Assembly (NCBI RefSeq): GCF_009914755.1
Contig: NC_060926.1
Reading direction: 5' to 3' (one strand)
DNA: 64,000 nt
Source of the DNA: the human T2T-CHM13v2.0 reference genome, Homo sapiens
In this document: positions 26,940 through 49,149 of the stretch, one piece after another
Layout of the letters: every line of letters begins with the position of its first letter
How positions within the stretch are numbered: position 1 is the stretch's first letter
Position numbers and translations under genes: made by a program
Notes under the pieces: generated by a model
Databases searched by the model: none
Told to the model about the DNA's origin: nothing
What the model saw: the letters and a program-made list of their open reading frames with translations, nothing else

Positions 26940-27319
26940 AGAAGTGATTAAATAAGTTACGGTGCATCGTTCAATGGAATACTATGCAAACGTTAAAAAG
27001 TAACGTGGTATTTCTACGGGCATTAATATGGAATATTTTCCCAGAAGTGTTCTTCAATTAAGAAAACCTAGTATAGAACATGTGTACAGTGATACTGTTT
27101 GTATAATTTCTACCCATTCATTAGCTTCTTCGCATTGAACAGCTCTGGAAAGGAAACAAAAAAAAACTGGTAATAGTGTATCCTCCAGGGAGAAGAGCTG
27201 GACACCTGGCAGCAGCAAAGAAAAAGAGCTATCTTTTTTACTTTATCCTTTTTTATCTACCATAAAGTGCTTGCATCAACTATTCAAAAAAACCTGATTG
27301 TTTAAAAATACTGTATTCT

Positions 27320-27648
<329 letters not shown>

Positions 27649-28066
27649 TCATTGTCTGTTCCTTATTTTGTGCCTTTTAAAAGGGATGAGTGAGAAAAAA
27701 ATAGTATTTTAGATCATGTTAAAAATAAAATTTTTGAGTGTGAATTATATTAGTATGTTATAGCGTGCAATAATTTTTACATTCTGCATTTGAAACAGTA
27801 TTATAATCATTTTAATGTATCAAACTAGTATGTGTATTAACTACAATATAAATGTATATTACAAATGCATGTTTTCTATGAAATTACATATTTGTAATTT
27901 AAAGGTTGAGGCATTAAAATACAAACAACAGTTACATTATCTACTTTTACAAGCTCCATGTTTATTTCATCTTCCTGAATTATTACCATAAATTTATTTT
28001 AGCTGTTTTATCTTTAAAAATGTTTAATAGAACTTTAAAAAATTATCATCCTAAACCCAGTAATAC

Positions 28067-28260
28067 CTGTTGGAGAAAAGTATCAGGATGAAATTCATCA
28101 AAACATGTTGCCAAATGCTTCCCACACACAAATGATACCTGTCATCTCTCCACTGCCATATTACTATAATTCAGTCAAGTTGGTGGTGGATCATAAAAAT
28201 TCCATTTTCTATCTAACGTAAACAGATATTGAATTTTAATCCAGTGAAGAACAATTCATT
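28067..28260 (-). pseudogene. Pseudo-exon, 194 nt, subdomain VI-VII-like: MNCSS..MEFL/YDPPP..LNYSN../GIICV/GSIWQHV/FDEFHPDTFLQQ
   Basis: Acceptor tttcttcttcAG, donor CAG|GTATTA. With frameshifts it resembles recalled NRBP YLHSCDPP..GLIKIGSV(W/F)HRIF..PDT. Confidence 0.65.
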
Positions 28261-28520
28261 CTGAAGAAGAAATTCTCAATTATCTTTCTGACACCCAAAG
28301 TAACTTGTTTTTAAAAATGCGTAGCCAAAGTACACTTCTAAAGGCAATTGTGAAACTTCTGTATTTGTAAGTCATGAAAATATTGTCAATGCTATATAAT
28401 TATTGCTATTATTAAAGTCATCTTGGCTAAAATGTCAGAAGACCACTTAATTAGACTTTTTAAAAAAGTATTGTTTTAAACCAACCAAGGAGAATAAGAG
28501 TAATTGAAATATATGAGCAC

Positions 28521-28576
28521 CTGTTAATGAGCAAGGTATTTGGGATCCAATAATCTGCAATTACCAAATGATGTGT
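28521..28576 (-). pseudogene. Pseudo-exon, 56 nt, subdomain V-like: THHLVIADYWIPNTLLIN(R)
   Basis: Acceptor tttttaatAG, donor CAG|GTGCTC. Open frame, phase 0 in and phase 2 out, matching both neighbours. Confidence 0.65.
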
Positions 28577-28672
28577 CTATTAAAAAGTTATTGGCCTCAC
28601 ACATTCATTACAGTATACAAGCATTCAGCATTCTTTATGTAACAATGTGTGTCACAAGCCTTTAATGCTCAC

Positions 28673-28735
28673 GTATGCCCAGTTAAATTAATGTACCCTT
28701 CCTAGATGGCTCATCTGGACAATTTTATGTGCCAA
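28673..28735 (-). pseudogene. Pseudo-exon (3' part), kinase subdomain III-IV-like: LAHKIVQMSHLGRVH*FNWAY
   Basis: Donor TAC|GTGAGC, phase 0. Resembles recalled NRBP1 LIQLEHLNIVKFHKYWAD. 5' boundary unresolved; upstream I*NEVIVSQ near 28815-28840 resembles VVWNEVQFSE. Confidence 0.6.
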
Positions 28736-29960
28736 AAGAGAAAGTAAACAACAGGGGAGGAATGGCAGGAAGATGGAACGGGTAACGCAGCCTGTTACGA
28801 TTTATCAGGATTTGAGACACAATTACTTCATTTTAAATATTGCTGGAGGAAATAAAAATCCTAGCACTTTTACTATTCTTGCTAGCTTCTCTTTAAATAT
28901 CTTTGTTTAGTAATCACTATACTATTTCTTTTGCCCCATTTTATGAGAGATTAGCAGTAGCTCCTAATCTTAACCAAAATGCCTAATCCTTCTTTGGTTG
29001 AGTGGACATGTGTTATTTCCCATCCAGTATCCATTTCTCCTTTTCCCTGTAAACAGCCCTTAAATTTAGGGGGGTCAGGGGAGTGGGGGACAGTCCATTC
29101 CAAGCTGTTTAAATGTGATTTGCCTTAATGCTAACTGCGGTGTGAGCCCAACTGGCCCACACTAATCAGTTTGACCCCATCCCATTGAAACACTCTGATT
29201 GGTTTAGGGAGGACAATGTATATGTTCACTTGTTATATAATCATTTTGCAGGTAACAACTTTATCGTATTATCTTATTGTTTGTAATAGTCAATTTTCTT
29301 GGATTTTCCAAATATATAATCATATAATCTTCAAATTATGATAATTATACCCCATCTTACTTTTTTTGTCTCTAATTGAATTTAGCTAGTACCTCTAGGA
29401 TAGTCTTAAATTATCATGTGTTAAACTTCTAGAATATCCTTGACTTGTCCTGACTTTGATGAGGATGCTTCTAGTATTTACCCATTCAGCATAACACTAG
29501 CTTTCGGGTTTAGGTAGCTATGTCTTACCATGTCAAGGACGTTTCCTTTTATTCCTATTATTTTGTTGGGAGGTTAATTTTCTTAAACCAATAGTAACTG
29601 TTGAAAGTTATCAAATACCTTTTTGATAGAAATAGAATATAGAATATATTCTATTAGAATATATTCTAATATAGATATAGAATATAGATAGAATATAGAA
29701 ACTATATTATGATTTTTTCTCCTTATATCCATTATAACAATGAATCACTCTATTTTAAATTATCCTTGCATTTTAAAAATAAACCTTACTTACTTGGACT
29801 TATAATTTTCCTATGCTACTAAATACTACTGCAATTTTTTGTTTGTTTGTTTGTTTTGTTTTGTTTGTTTGCTTTTTTAGAAACGTTGCATCCATAGTCA
29901 TAAATGAGATTGCTTTGTGTGGCTTTTTAAAAGCAAATATTGGGTTATTAAAATAATTTA

Positions 29961-30272
29961 GGCCAGGCGTGGTGGCTCATACCTGTACTCTCAGCACTTT
30001 GAGAGGCCAAGGCAAGAGGACCTCTTGAGGCCAGAGCTTGAGACCAGCCTGGCCAATACAGTGAGGACCCTGTCACTACAAAAAATTTTAAGAAGTTAGC
30101 CACACACAGTGGCACCCACCTGATATGCCAGCTACTCCGGAGGAGAGGCTGAGGTGGGAGGATTTCTTGAGCCCGGGAGTTCAATGTTACAGCGAGCTAT
30201 GATCACCCCACTCCACTCCAACCTATATGACAGATTAGCACCAGTCTCAGGAAGAAAGAGAGAGAGACAGAG
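29961..30272 (+). mobile_element. AluJ
   Basis: Diverged dimer; TSD aataattta. Confidence 0.9.
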
Positions 30273-30335
30273 AATAATTTAGAATGTTTCTTTCTTTTAA
30301 TATACTTCGAAACAGTTTTAAAAGTTTTGGAATTG

Positions 30336-30691
<356 letters not shown>

Positions 30692-31107
30692 CTACTTTAT
30701 TTCTATTGTGGTAACTGGTCCATTTGGATTTTCTGTCTCTTCTGGAGTCACTTTTGGCAAATTATATGTATCTAACTATCATACACCTAAATAATGTATT
30801 GAATAAGGTAATCCTTATTGTTGAAACAAAGACTATAACGTCTCTTCAAAGTCCATTCATCTGTTCATTCCTGTTTTCCGTTTTATTTTCATAGATAATA
30901 GCAGCTCTCTATAACAGGGGTGAGCAGAGTCACTGGATTCTTTGTCTACTTCTACATAAGCAACTATTTCTCCCTTTTCGTTTATCATTCTGTGTATTTG
31001 TACTTTCTCTATTTTTTTGTTGTTGTTGTTAAGGTCACTTTACAGTTTATATTATATTGTTACTGTGTTCCTAAGATATTTGACAAGGATGCCAAAAATA
31101 CACAGTG

Positions 31108-31239
31108 AATTTTTGTATTTTTAGTAGAGACGGGGTTTCACCATGTTGGCAAGGATGATCTCGATCTCTTGACCTCGTGATCCTCCTGCCTCGGCCTCTC
31201 AAAGTTCTGGGATTACAGGCGCGAGCCACTGTGCCCGGT
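31108..31239 (-). mobile_element. Alu left arm only
   Basis: Linker plus left monomer; right arm missing. Confidence 0.9.
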
Positions 31240-32655
31240 CATTTAATAGTATTTTCTTGAGGATTTTAGCATCTATGTTAATCAGGGATATTGGCCTGTA
31301 TCTTGCTTTCCTTGTAGTGTTTGTGTCTGGTTTTGGCATCAGGGTGATGCTAGCCTCATAAAATGAGTTTCAAAGTGTTATCTCTGCTCTTTTTTGGAAG
31401 AGTTTTACAAAAATTGATATTAATTATTTTTGAATGTTTGGTAAAACTCACCAACAATGCTATCTGGTCCTGTGCTTTTCTTTGTTGGGAGGTTTTTGAT
31501 TGTGAGTCAATCTCCTTATTTGTTTTTGGTCTATTCAGGCTTTCCACTTCTTCTTGATTCAGTTTTGGTAGGTTATATGTCTACAGATTTTTTTGTTTCT
31601 TCTAGGTTATCCAGTTTGTTGGCATATGATTGTTCATAATAGTCCCTTATGGTGTTTTTTATTTCTGAGGCATCTATTCTAATGTTTCTTCTTTCATTTC
31701 TGGTTTTATCTATTTGAGTGTTTTTTTTTCTTAGTATAAGTAGAGGTTTGTCAGTTTTGTTTTATCTTTTCAAAAACCAAATTTTAGTTTGCTTTTTCCT
31801 GTTTTTTTTTTCATTTCCTATTTGATTTATTTCTGCCCTAATTTTTATTATTTCCTTCCTTCTCCTGACTTTGGACTTAGTTAATTTTTCTTGTTTTTTG
31901 ATGTAGGCCTTTATCATTATAAACTTCCATCTTAGTACTGCTTTTGCTGCATCACATAAGATGTTTTATATTGTGTTTTATTTTCATTTGTCTTGAGATA
32001 CCTTTTAAATTCCCTTTCAATTTCCTCTTTGACTTAAAGTTCTTCAAGACCATGTTGTTAGTTTCCATATATCTGTGAATTGTCTTGTTTTCCTGCTGTT
32101 ATTCACTTCTAGTTTTATCCCATGTGGTTGGAAAAAATACTTGGAATGATTTAGATTTTCTTAAATGTATTAAGACTTGTTTTGAATCCTAAGATGTGAT
32201 ATATCTTATAGAATGTTCTATGCACGCTTGAGAAGAATGTGTATTCATCTGCTTTTGGATGGAAAGTTCTGTCTGTTAAGAGCATTTGGTCTAGAACGTT
32301 CTTTAAGTCAACTGTTTATTGATTTTCCATCATACATGTAAAAGTATAATACATATAAATTATACATGTAAATGTATAATTTAACATTATAAAATGACCT
32401 TCTTTGTCTCTAGAGACAGTTTTAGACTTAAGGTCTATTTTATTTGATATATGAATAGCTACCCCTTTTCTCTTTTGGTTACCATTTGCGTAACATGTCT
32501 TTTTTCATCCCATCACTTTCAGACTATGTGTGCCTTCAAATCTAAAATGAGTCTTTTGTAGACAAGGTAGCACTGAATCCTGTTGTTTTATCCATTCAGC
32601 GACTCTATGCCTTTTGATTGGTGATTTTAATCCATTTACATTTAAAGTGATTATT

Positions 32656-32979
<324 letters not shown>

Positions 32980-33284
32980 TTATTAAGTGTTTTCTGTCTG
33001 TTTTAAAGTCTTTTTTTCCCTCTCTCTTTTTCTCTTGCTTTTTTTTGTTATTTATTTTTTTTGCAGTGATTTGCTTTGATTCATTTCTCTTTTATATTTC
33101 AGGTACCAATTGTAGGTTTTTCTCTTTGCAATTAGTTCAAGGCTTGCATAAAATATCTTGTAGTTGTAACCACCTACTTTAAGTTGATAACTATTTCAAA
33201 TGCATACAAAAACTAAACTTTTACTTCCCGTACAACACTTTATGTTCTTGTAGTCAGAATTTGCTTTCTTATAAATTTATAAAT

Positions 33285-33581
<297 letters not shown>

Positions 33582-33868
33582 TTGCTTCTTTTTATATTGT
33601 ATACCGTTGACAATTTTTATCTTTTAACTTTTATTAGGGTTAAAAGTAACTTAAACACCACCATTACAGTGCTACATTCTGTATTTGTCTATATATTTAC
33701 CTTTACTTGTGCGACTTATGCTTTCATGTTTTCACTTTGCTGTGTAGCATGTTTTTGTGTCAATTTTAAGAACTCTCTTAAACATTTCTTGTAAGGTCTA
33801 GTGGTGACGAACTACCTTCATTTTTGTTTGTCTGAGAAAGGCTTTACCTCTTTATTTTTAAAAGATAA

Positions 33869-34287
<419 letters not shown>

Positions 34288-35320
34288 TAAATGATCTACA
34301 GGTTCTTTTTTCTGCTTGATTGAGTCTACCGTTTAATTTCTGTATTGCATTTTTCATGCCATTTATTGTATTGATCTGCTCCAGGATTTCTGTTTGGTTC
34401 TTCTTTATTATTTCTATCTCTTTGCTGAACTCATTTTGTTCTTGTGTTATTTTTTGCATTTCATTGAATTGTCTATCCGTACTCTCTTATAGCTCACTGA
34501 GCTTCTTTAAAACAATTATTTTGAATTTTTTGTCAGGAAATTCATAGATCTCCTTCATTTTAGGTTAGTTACTAGAAAATTATTGTGTTCCTTTGATGAT
34601 GTCATGTTTTCTTGAATTTTTGTGTTCCTTATAGCCTTGCAGGGATGTCTGAATATTTGAGGGAGCAGTCACCTCTTCTAGACTTTGTGGACTGGCTTCA
34701 ATGGGAAAAGACATTAATCTACAGATAGGTATGAGAATGCCAGCTCCAGCTACAAGGGGGCTGCAGTGGTAGCTGCTCCTCTTGGAGAGCATAGTGGCAT
34801 GGACTCAGATCAGCTCCATCAGCTGATACCAGTGTTGGCGATAACTGGGGAGAAGGGTGGTCCTTGGTGGCAAAAGCTGCAGGTGTTTGCAGCGGTGGTA
34901 AGGACTGCTGAAGTCTTTGGTGGCAAAGGTTGCCAGAATCCCTCTAGTCTGTTTTTTCCCACTGGGAGGAGGTCACAGCCAAGGGGGTCCATCTTGGTGC
35001 TGAGCTGTGATGAACTGGGGGACAAGATAATGTGAGTAAAATGTTTGCTATGCTTTTTATATGGGCATCCTTGGTTTTGTGCTCCACTGGTTTGCTGCAG
35101 CTTCTTCTTTGTAATCTGGAGCAATCCCAGAGCTATTTTTGTCAGTAGGTGATTGTTTAATTGTTGTTTTTATGGAGGGACAAGCATTAAGACCTCCTAG
35201 TCTGCTTTCTTGTTGATGTCACCTTGATTAAAGTTCCACAATTTTAATAGGGTATGGCTCAGTCATTGTTCCAACAGAGTTTCTCCTGGAATAAATTGGG
35301 TCCCTTCAAGATACGATTTT

Positions 35321-35603
35321 GGCTGGGCATGGTGGCTCACGCCTGTAATCCCAGCACTTTGGGAGGCCCAGGTGGACAGTTCGCTTGAGTCCAGGAGTTT
35401 GATACCAGCCTGGGCAACATGGCAAAACCCCATCTCTATTAAAAATACAAAAATTAGCTGGGTGTGGTGGCACATGCCTGTAGTTCCAGTTACTTGTGAG
35501 AAGGAGGTGGGAGGATCACCTGAGCCGAGGAAAGTCAAGGCTGTGATGAGCTGTGATTGTACCACTGCACTTCAGCCTGGATGACAGAGTGAAACCCTGA
35601 CTC

Positions 35604-35636
<33 letters not shown>

Positions 35637-35637
35637 G
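35321..35637 (+). mobile_element. AluJ
   Basis: Dimer; TSD aagatac(g/a)atttt. Confidence 0.93.
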
Positions 35638-36291
35638 ATACAATTTTAGGATTTTAAGTATTCTTTTATCTTAGGAAACTTTTCTACAACTATATCTTTA
35701 AGTATTATTTCCTTACTTTTGTTTAATTGTTTTCCCCACCCTTCAATTAGGCAATTGATTCTCCTTTGCTTGCCTTTTATATCAATTATTGCTATCTAAT
35801 CCTTTTAAAAATCTCTTCATTTCCATTTCATTTTGCTCACTTCCTCATTTCTACTTAATATATCCCTTTTTGTGATTTCAACGGGGCATATTTACCTACA
35901 TATTCCTTCCCATTTGGCTTTTATTTCTGCAATGGTTACATTTTTTTTCTCTTCCCTTCCATATGCTCTATCAGCTTACATTTCATTTCTTCCTGTTGTG
36001 TTAACATCTGTTCCATAAGCTCTTATATTTTTGCTTTGTGGTTCTTCCTCAATGAGGAGATTCATTCATTCTATGTTTAAGGTCAGTGGTAAAATGTTTG
36101 ATCATAATTGTAAGCTGCTTTATGAAAACATTTTTTCTGTAAGTGTGTTTTATCAACCCTTTGTTTCTTCCTGTTCTTCTTTTTTTTTTGTGTAGCATCT
36201 TTGTGTGAATACTGTGCATATTCCTTTTTGATTACTCATCACTGAAACAGCTGAGTTTCTCCTGTGCCACTACATGCGAGAGGTTCATGTA

Positions 36292-36614
<323 letters not shown>

Positions 36615-37184
36615 TTACTTACTGATTAGTGGAACATTTTTTATAGTCTTGATTTTATGTAATTTTGTTTAGCCTTCAGTTCTCCTCAGCCAAAGTAAAC
36701 AGGCAGAAAATTTTCACAATGCGTTTTTCCCCTGGTTCTGCCATAGAGACAGACTGCTTCCTATAGTATGGCTTGTCTATATGTTTTCTCACTTAAGTTT
36801 TCCTCTGCCACTTCTCAGAACCAAACCAGGTCCAGGCGTGCTTTCGTGGCCAGCATGTATGCCTTGTCCCTACTGTTAGAAACAAGGTATTGAGATTTTG
36901 GAAATAAAAACATACTTTTTACCTTGAAGAAATGTTCTTTGCTATCTTTTTATGAAATTTACATCTGCAAACACTCTTTCTGCTTTTGTTAATGTGAATT
37001 CCTGCATGATCTTCCCTGCTTTGGGGGAACCACATAATTTGTTTTCTGGTTTAAGATTTTAGCTGTTTCCTTAGTTTAACGGGAAACATTTCTTGTGCGT
37101 TTCCTTCTTTTCTTCTTTCTCTCCTTCTTTTGTTTTTATAAGATTTCCAGTGAGAGAAAAGAGAAATGGAAAGTCCGCATTACT

Positions 37185-38650
37185 ATACTGGATATATTTG
37201 GAAGGTAAAAACAGCAGGACTTAATGATTGATTAGATATGAGAAGTGAAATTTTAGACTTGAGCAATTAAGTGGAATGTGGTATCATTTATTGAAATTAG
37301 AAACTCTAGAGGTTTGGTAAGAATAAAATGAGTTTAGTCTTGAACATGTAAAGTTTGAAATGCTGTGAAACATTTAAGTGGAGATGTTAGGTAGGAAGTT
37401 GGAAAACAGTGTCTGTAGATCAGAAAAGAGATTTGCAAGGAGGGATTACATAGAGAAGAGAACCATCTGTGACCCTGGATGAAAGCTCAGAAATACCAAC
37501 ATTTAGAAGTTAATAGACAAAAAAATAACAAACAAGCAAAAAAGAAGTTAATAGAATGAGCACCATGAAGAAATTGAAAGAGATATGTCAGAGTTAGGAA
37601 GAAAAATCATGACAATGTGTCTCCCAGAAATCAAGAAAGAAGAATGAGTGTTTCAAGGAAGAAGTAGTAAACTTGTCAAATGCAGGTAAAAGATCAAGTA
37701 AGATGTAGATAGAAAGTCGTACATTGGATTTAGCCACATGGAAGTCACTAAGACCAACCTGTGGTGTTTAATGAGAGCAGTCTGGCAGATAGTAGGGCAG
37801 AAGCTATTAAATAGATAGAAATGGCCTGTGGAGGGAATAGGAAGGAGAAGGTAGAGAAAATTAGCTATGAAATGGAACAGAGGAGCATGCAGCAGCTGGA
37901 GAGATGAGAAAAGGATCAGGGAGGCTTTTTAGAATGGTTAGCCCTAGAGCATGCTTGTATACTCTTGGAAAGATCCCAGAAAGAGGAAGTGGCTAATCCT
38001 ACAGTAGAGGGAAGGGATGACTCAAGAAGCAAAGTCCTTGAGGTAGCCAGAATACTGGTATCCAGGACACATGTTTTCTATGCCATTGGCCTCTGAGAAG
38101 AGGGGGAATCCATCAGTGGTAATTGGAGGGAAGAAAGAGAAGATAGAATTAGATGCAGGTAGGTTTGTAAATGGGTGAAATGGAAAGCAATAACTTCCTG
38201 TTTGAACTTCTAACTTCCCAACAAGAATGATGCAAGATTGTCAGATAGAGGTTTGAAGTGGTATGGAGTAGCAGATTTGAGGATGGAGAAGAATATATGA
38301 GATGGTATTTTTGGGAGCAAAAAAGAAAGCTACAGGAAAAGTCGTATGATTGCTGTGTTGTATAATGAGTACTTTTGAGAACTAAGATTCTAAAGGTAGA
38401 GTGAAGTCAATGTGTAATTTTCTCCACCAATGTTCAGCTGGTCACATGCAGAGCAAGAGTAGCTAGGGTACTTGAGTTCTTACAGGGTTCAAATATAGCC
38501 AATCAGAAAGAGCAGTTCAGGAATTGAGGAAATTTTATGGGAGAAATTATTATAACAGTGGACCCTGGAATATAAGATGGACAAAAAGGGACATGGAAAG
38601 CAAGAAAGCACTAATGTGTAGTGAGAAACTGGTGGGATGAATGAGATTAG
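37185..38650 (-). mobile_element. L2 fragments
   Basis: Purine-rich L2-like sequence (tgagtttagtcttgaacatgtaaagtttgaaatgctgtg..aagtggagatg). Confidence 0.7.
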
Positions 38651-38848
38651 TAGTTTTTTACCACGTCGGCCTTGTTGGTGAGACATCCTTCTGGCAGTTA
38701 GGGGCACATTTATTCTGTTCTTGTCTTAATCAAATTCTGATTATCTCCCTAGACTTAGACTGGTGTAAACTGAGCTTTGTATTTTCACTTCACTGTAGGC
38801 CTAAAATAGTTTTGCTGAAATCTACCTAGAATCCTTTAATTGAGGCTA

Positions 38849-39193
<345 letters not shown>

Positions 39194-39788
39194 TCAATAT
39201 ATATTATGAAACATGCTATGTCACAGGGGCAGGGGCAGGGAAGAAATCAAAATTGTAGGTGTGTTTAAGAAAAGAAACATTATTACCCTGCTTCTTACAT
39301 TGAATCAAGTTCTAAATGCTTGATCAACCTGCTTCTTGAACGGATTTGTACCTGACTAAGATCCTGTGGCTTACCAAATAAACAGGAGATCAAATGGTTA
39401 ATAGCAACAAAAATATAACTCGTGATCACCTTTCCAAAAAAAAATTGATTTTCTAGACAGAAACATTTGGAAAAAAGAATGAATTAACCAAATCTTACAT
39501 ATCTCTGAACCATATGACTTAGGGGATATAAATTTAAAGTTAACATAAACCAAAATAAATAGAATAATTAGAACCAGGTAGCATAAAACATAGGTCTATT
39601 TGCTTTCTAAGATTTCTTTATATTTTCTATCTGCTTTACTGATAGCTTTAATTTTTATAAATACTTTTTATTTGATTTTTGTTTACCATGCTAGAACACT
39701 GTCTAATAGCATATGCCATTTTCACTATGTATAATTTTATTATGTCATTAAGCAAAATCATATGTAACCAACTATAAACGACATGGAA

Positions 39789-40330
<542 letters not shown>

Positions 40331-40582
40331 TCATAGCCAGATGTGGCTTCTAAGACAGTAATATCTGTTTTGGTCCAGTCTCATGCTCTCTTTTTCCTGG
40401 TTCTGCTGACTGTCTCTTCTGTCTTTTACCTACATTGGCCTGCACTGGAACTCCACTTCATACATCGGGAAATGTATTCTTACTCTCTATTTGTGTACTT
40501 TAAAGTTCACTTTAAGCATAGATTTTTTTTTGTATCCATTAATTATTGAATAGGTGTTGCTTCTTTCCAAAATGTTGAAAAT

Positions 40583-40879
40583 GGCCTGGCAAGATGGCTC
40601 ATGCCTATAATCCCAGCACTTTGGGACGCCGAAGCAGGTGGATCACCTCAGGTCAGGAGTTCAAGACCAGCCTGGCCAACATGGTGAAACCCCGTTTCTA
40701 CTAAAAATACAAAAATTAGCTGGGCGTGGTGGCAGGTGCCTGTAGTCTCAGCTACCCAGGAGGCTGAGGCAGGAGAACTGCTTAAACCCGGGAGGCAGAG
40801 GTTGCAGTGAGACCGTGCCATTGCACTCTAGCCGGGGCAACAAGAGTGAAACTCTGTGACACACACACACACACACACA
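40583..40879 (+). mobile_element. AluS with (CA)n tail
   Basis: TSD aaatgttgaaaat; (CA)n at 40859-40879. Confidence 0.93.
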
Positions 40880-41018
40880 GAAATGTTGAAAATGTCTTAA
40901 CACTTGATACATACTTGAAAAAATAAATAAATAAAAGCTTTCTTTTCTACCCGTGAGCCCTGCAGCTTTTATCTCACTCTTGTCTGAGTCCTTAGTGTTC
41001 TGCTCAAGACTGCGGTAA

Positions 41019-42009
<991 letters not shown>

Positions 42010-42041
42010 TCTGTTCCTTTTTAATAGTAAGAATACCTTCT

Positions 42042-42375
<334 letters not shown>

Positions 42376-42384
42376 CTTCTGGAT

Positions 42385-42932
<548 letters not shown>

Positions 42933-44058
42933 CCTAAACTGTGTTCTATTTTAAAATTAGATCCTGGCTGGGCAAAAAAGAGAGGGTTATTATATTTTGT
43001 TCATAATAAGATTAATTGTCCCCCCTGGCTGCAGTAATTAAGGGAATTTCCCTAAAAACTGTTTTAAACTAACTCTTTAAAACTAACTCTTTGGGCCGCA
43101 CTAATGCTATGCCTATCCAAGCATATTGTTCTGTGGTCAGTATATCCTCATGGGGAATTGATAACAGATGAGTTCATTTCCCTGTATTTGGAGAAGGGAG
43201 AAAGATCTCTTCTGAGTTATTTGGCTGTGGAGAGAGTTGATCACTGAAGTTTACCTATTGTTTATCAATTAACAAAATCTTCACAATTAGCTTTGCAAGA
43301 GGCTATTCCTTCTAATTAAAAACAGGGCCTGTGTGAGAGGTTCCAAAGGAATCTATAAATATGCATCTGCGAACTGGATTCTTATCCGCAGGACTGGATA
43401 AAGTGGATAATTAAATTATTCCTGGGGAGCTAAAATGATGAGATGATGGCCAGAGACCCCCAGCCAAGAGAGAGGCAGGGAATCCTTAGGGCAAGAAAAC
43501 CATGTGAGCTACTTGGGAGACAATAACCTGTGGGTGGTAAAATACAGCTCATTGACTCAGAAGCAGAAACCTTACTCTGGAAATGAAGCTGGCCATGTTT
43601 AAATTATATAAATTTATCTTCAGTTATTGCCATTTACTTTGCTTTTACTGTTTAGTGAAGATATTTTGGAAATGTCAGCACATGTCAGCTCTGCTCAATG
43701 GAATCAAAGAGAAGAGCTTTGTATTTGGGCCAGAACTCCTAGGAGTCAGGTGTGGATGTGTCAAGGGAATCGAAATGACAAAACCCAAGGAAGAGAAGTC
43801 TCACTGAAACAGATCCAAGAACCTTCCCTGTCTTGACTCTTACTTCTGGACCTATTCTTTAATAAAACTTTGGACGGTTTGCTATATTGTTTTACTCATT
43901 CATATACATTTAGTTTTCAGATGTTGAAGGCACACCTTCTTAAAGAGAAATTGGTCTCCATCTGTTTAAATTGCAAATTAGATTTGGGCAGAAATAGAAT
44001 GTATATTTTATGAATTACTTTTCCCAATTTCCTCTCTGTATTCTATGTAGAATAATTT

Positions 44059-44402
<344 letters not shown>

Positions 44403-45078
44403 CTATCACTGTTTATTAATATATCTGCAGGTAAAATTAAAAACAATAATTTTGGGGGGAAGTTCAGATATAAAGAGTGGTTTGAACATTTTTATAGTTC
44501 TGTAATGATGGAGTTTAATGATAAAGTAAAAAGATTGACAGGTTTTATATGTATAAGGCAACTGGTTTAACTAATTTTTCTTCCTGGGAAATGTTGAAGT
44601 TAAACTAGGTAAATCTGAGTGCAGGGCAAACTGTTCTGTGTCAGGTGAGGGGACCATTGCTGTGGGATCTGTGTTTTAAAGGTCTTTTCTGGCCCTCTTC
44701 CAGCCATGAACCTCCTTTTAGGCAAGAGATGCACAGGTGGCATGCCCACCCAGAGCCTTTGTCCCTCTTCTACACTGCACTCTGGATACCTGGGATGCTG
44801 AGGCTAAGGGGCAGCTGTTTGAGGAAAGTGTATACAGAGCTTGGATGTGGGAACTGGATTTTCCCTATGTGTGAGCATCAAGACCCTCCCCCACTGGGAT
44901 GGGCCAGAGCTGGAAGTGGGGAGGGAAGAGGCACAGGCTGGATTCAGGGCTATACCCTCCTGCACTGCCATGTTGTCTGGTTAGAACTACATGGAGTTTA
45001 AAAATTCCGAATTCCTTCCAGGTCATTACAAAGATACAGTTGTCAAGGCAGGACGATAGAATATAGTCAGTAATGCTT

Positions 45079-47800
<2,722 letters not shown>

Positions 47801-48807
47801 TTAATTAAATTAGGTTGCTATGTACTAATCACGCACCATATACTATACAACAATTTGGACAAACAGCTGCCCTCATGAAGCTTATAATCAAATAGAGGGA
47901 ACAAGACAAGTCTAAAACAACTGCTAAGAAAACCTGAATTTAGGAGTGCAGGAAGCTATTACGCGGGGATTAATGCAAACCTGCAAAGGATCAGAAAAAG
48001 TTTCATGAAGATCATGACATTCGTATTTCATCTTCAAGGAAAGATGGACTTTTGGAAGGCAGAGATGACCCAACTAACTTTTGTCCAGAGCCTTCTATAT
48101 ATGAGTTACTTTACACATTACTGTAACCACTCTCACAACAATCTTACTAGGCTTTGGAAGTTTTTTTTTCCAACTCTTCTATAAAGGAACAACCTGGAGC
48201 TTAGACAGAGGTTCAGAAACGTGTTCAAAGTCAAACAACTAGGAAAGGTTTGTACTAGGTTTAGAATCTCCGTCTTTTGGAGAGCTTTTCACTTTCACAG
48301 CATCTGTGTCAATCAAGAAGGTTGGCTTCCTGTTCCCTTAGCTCTTCCATAGGGCAAGGGGACTAATGTAATAGAGGGCGACTAATGTAATAACAAGGAA
48401 ACCTTAAGGATCTAGTCCCACAAAAGGGCCTATGGGCTGAATAAGTATGTTCTGAGTCTGAGTTTACTTACAAAAAAGTCTACTTTTCTAAAATTAGACC
48501 CTGGGATATGAAGCAGTGGATTCTACTTTGCTAATTTTATTCAACAATTTTGGAGAAAAACTTCCTATGAGGTTTGTCATGTGTATACCGAAACATTCCA
48601 CTTTTCCATGTGGACTAATCCTATGTTTGAGTGTGTGTTTTATAAAAGTCCAGTGAACTGAGCACTGCTGTGTTGCTGGGCAGCAAGTGTAATGGTCACT
48701 CTCAGGTATTAGGATCTTTGCCAGTGATCAGCATTCCTGAGAGCTAGGAGGGCCCTGCATTTCCTCCCACAACCTCACCAACGAGTGAATAGTGCAATGA
48801 AAATAAG

Positions 48808-49141
<334 letters not shown>

Positions 49142-49149
49142 AAAATAAG

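Noticed and set aside
42960-44050. Unique-looking island with 69-74 aa ORFs
   Set aside because: No convincing acceptor-donor pair or protein-like translation on either strand.
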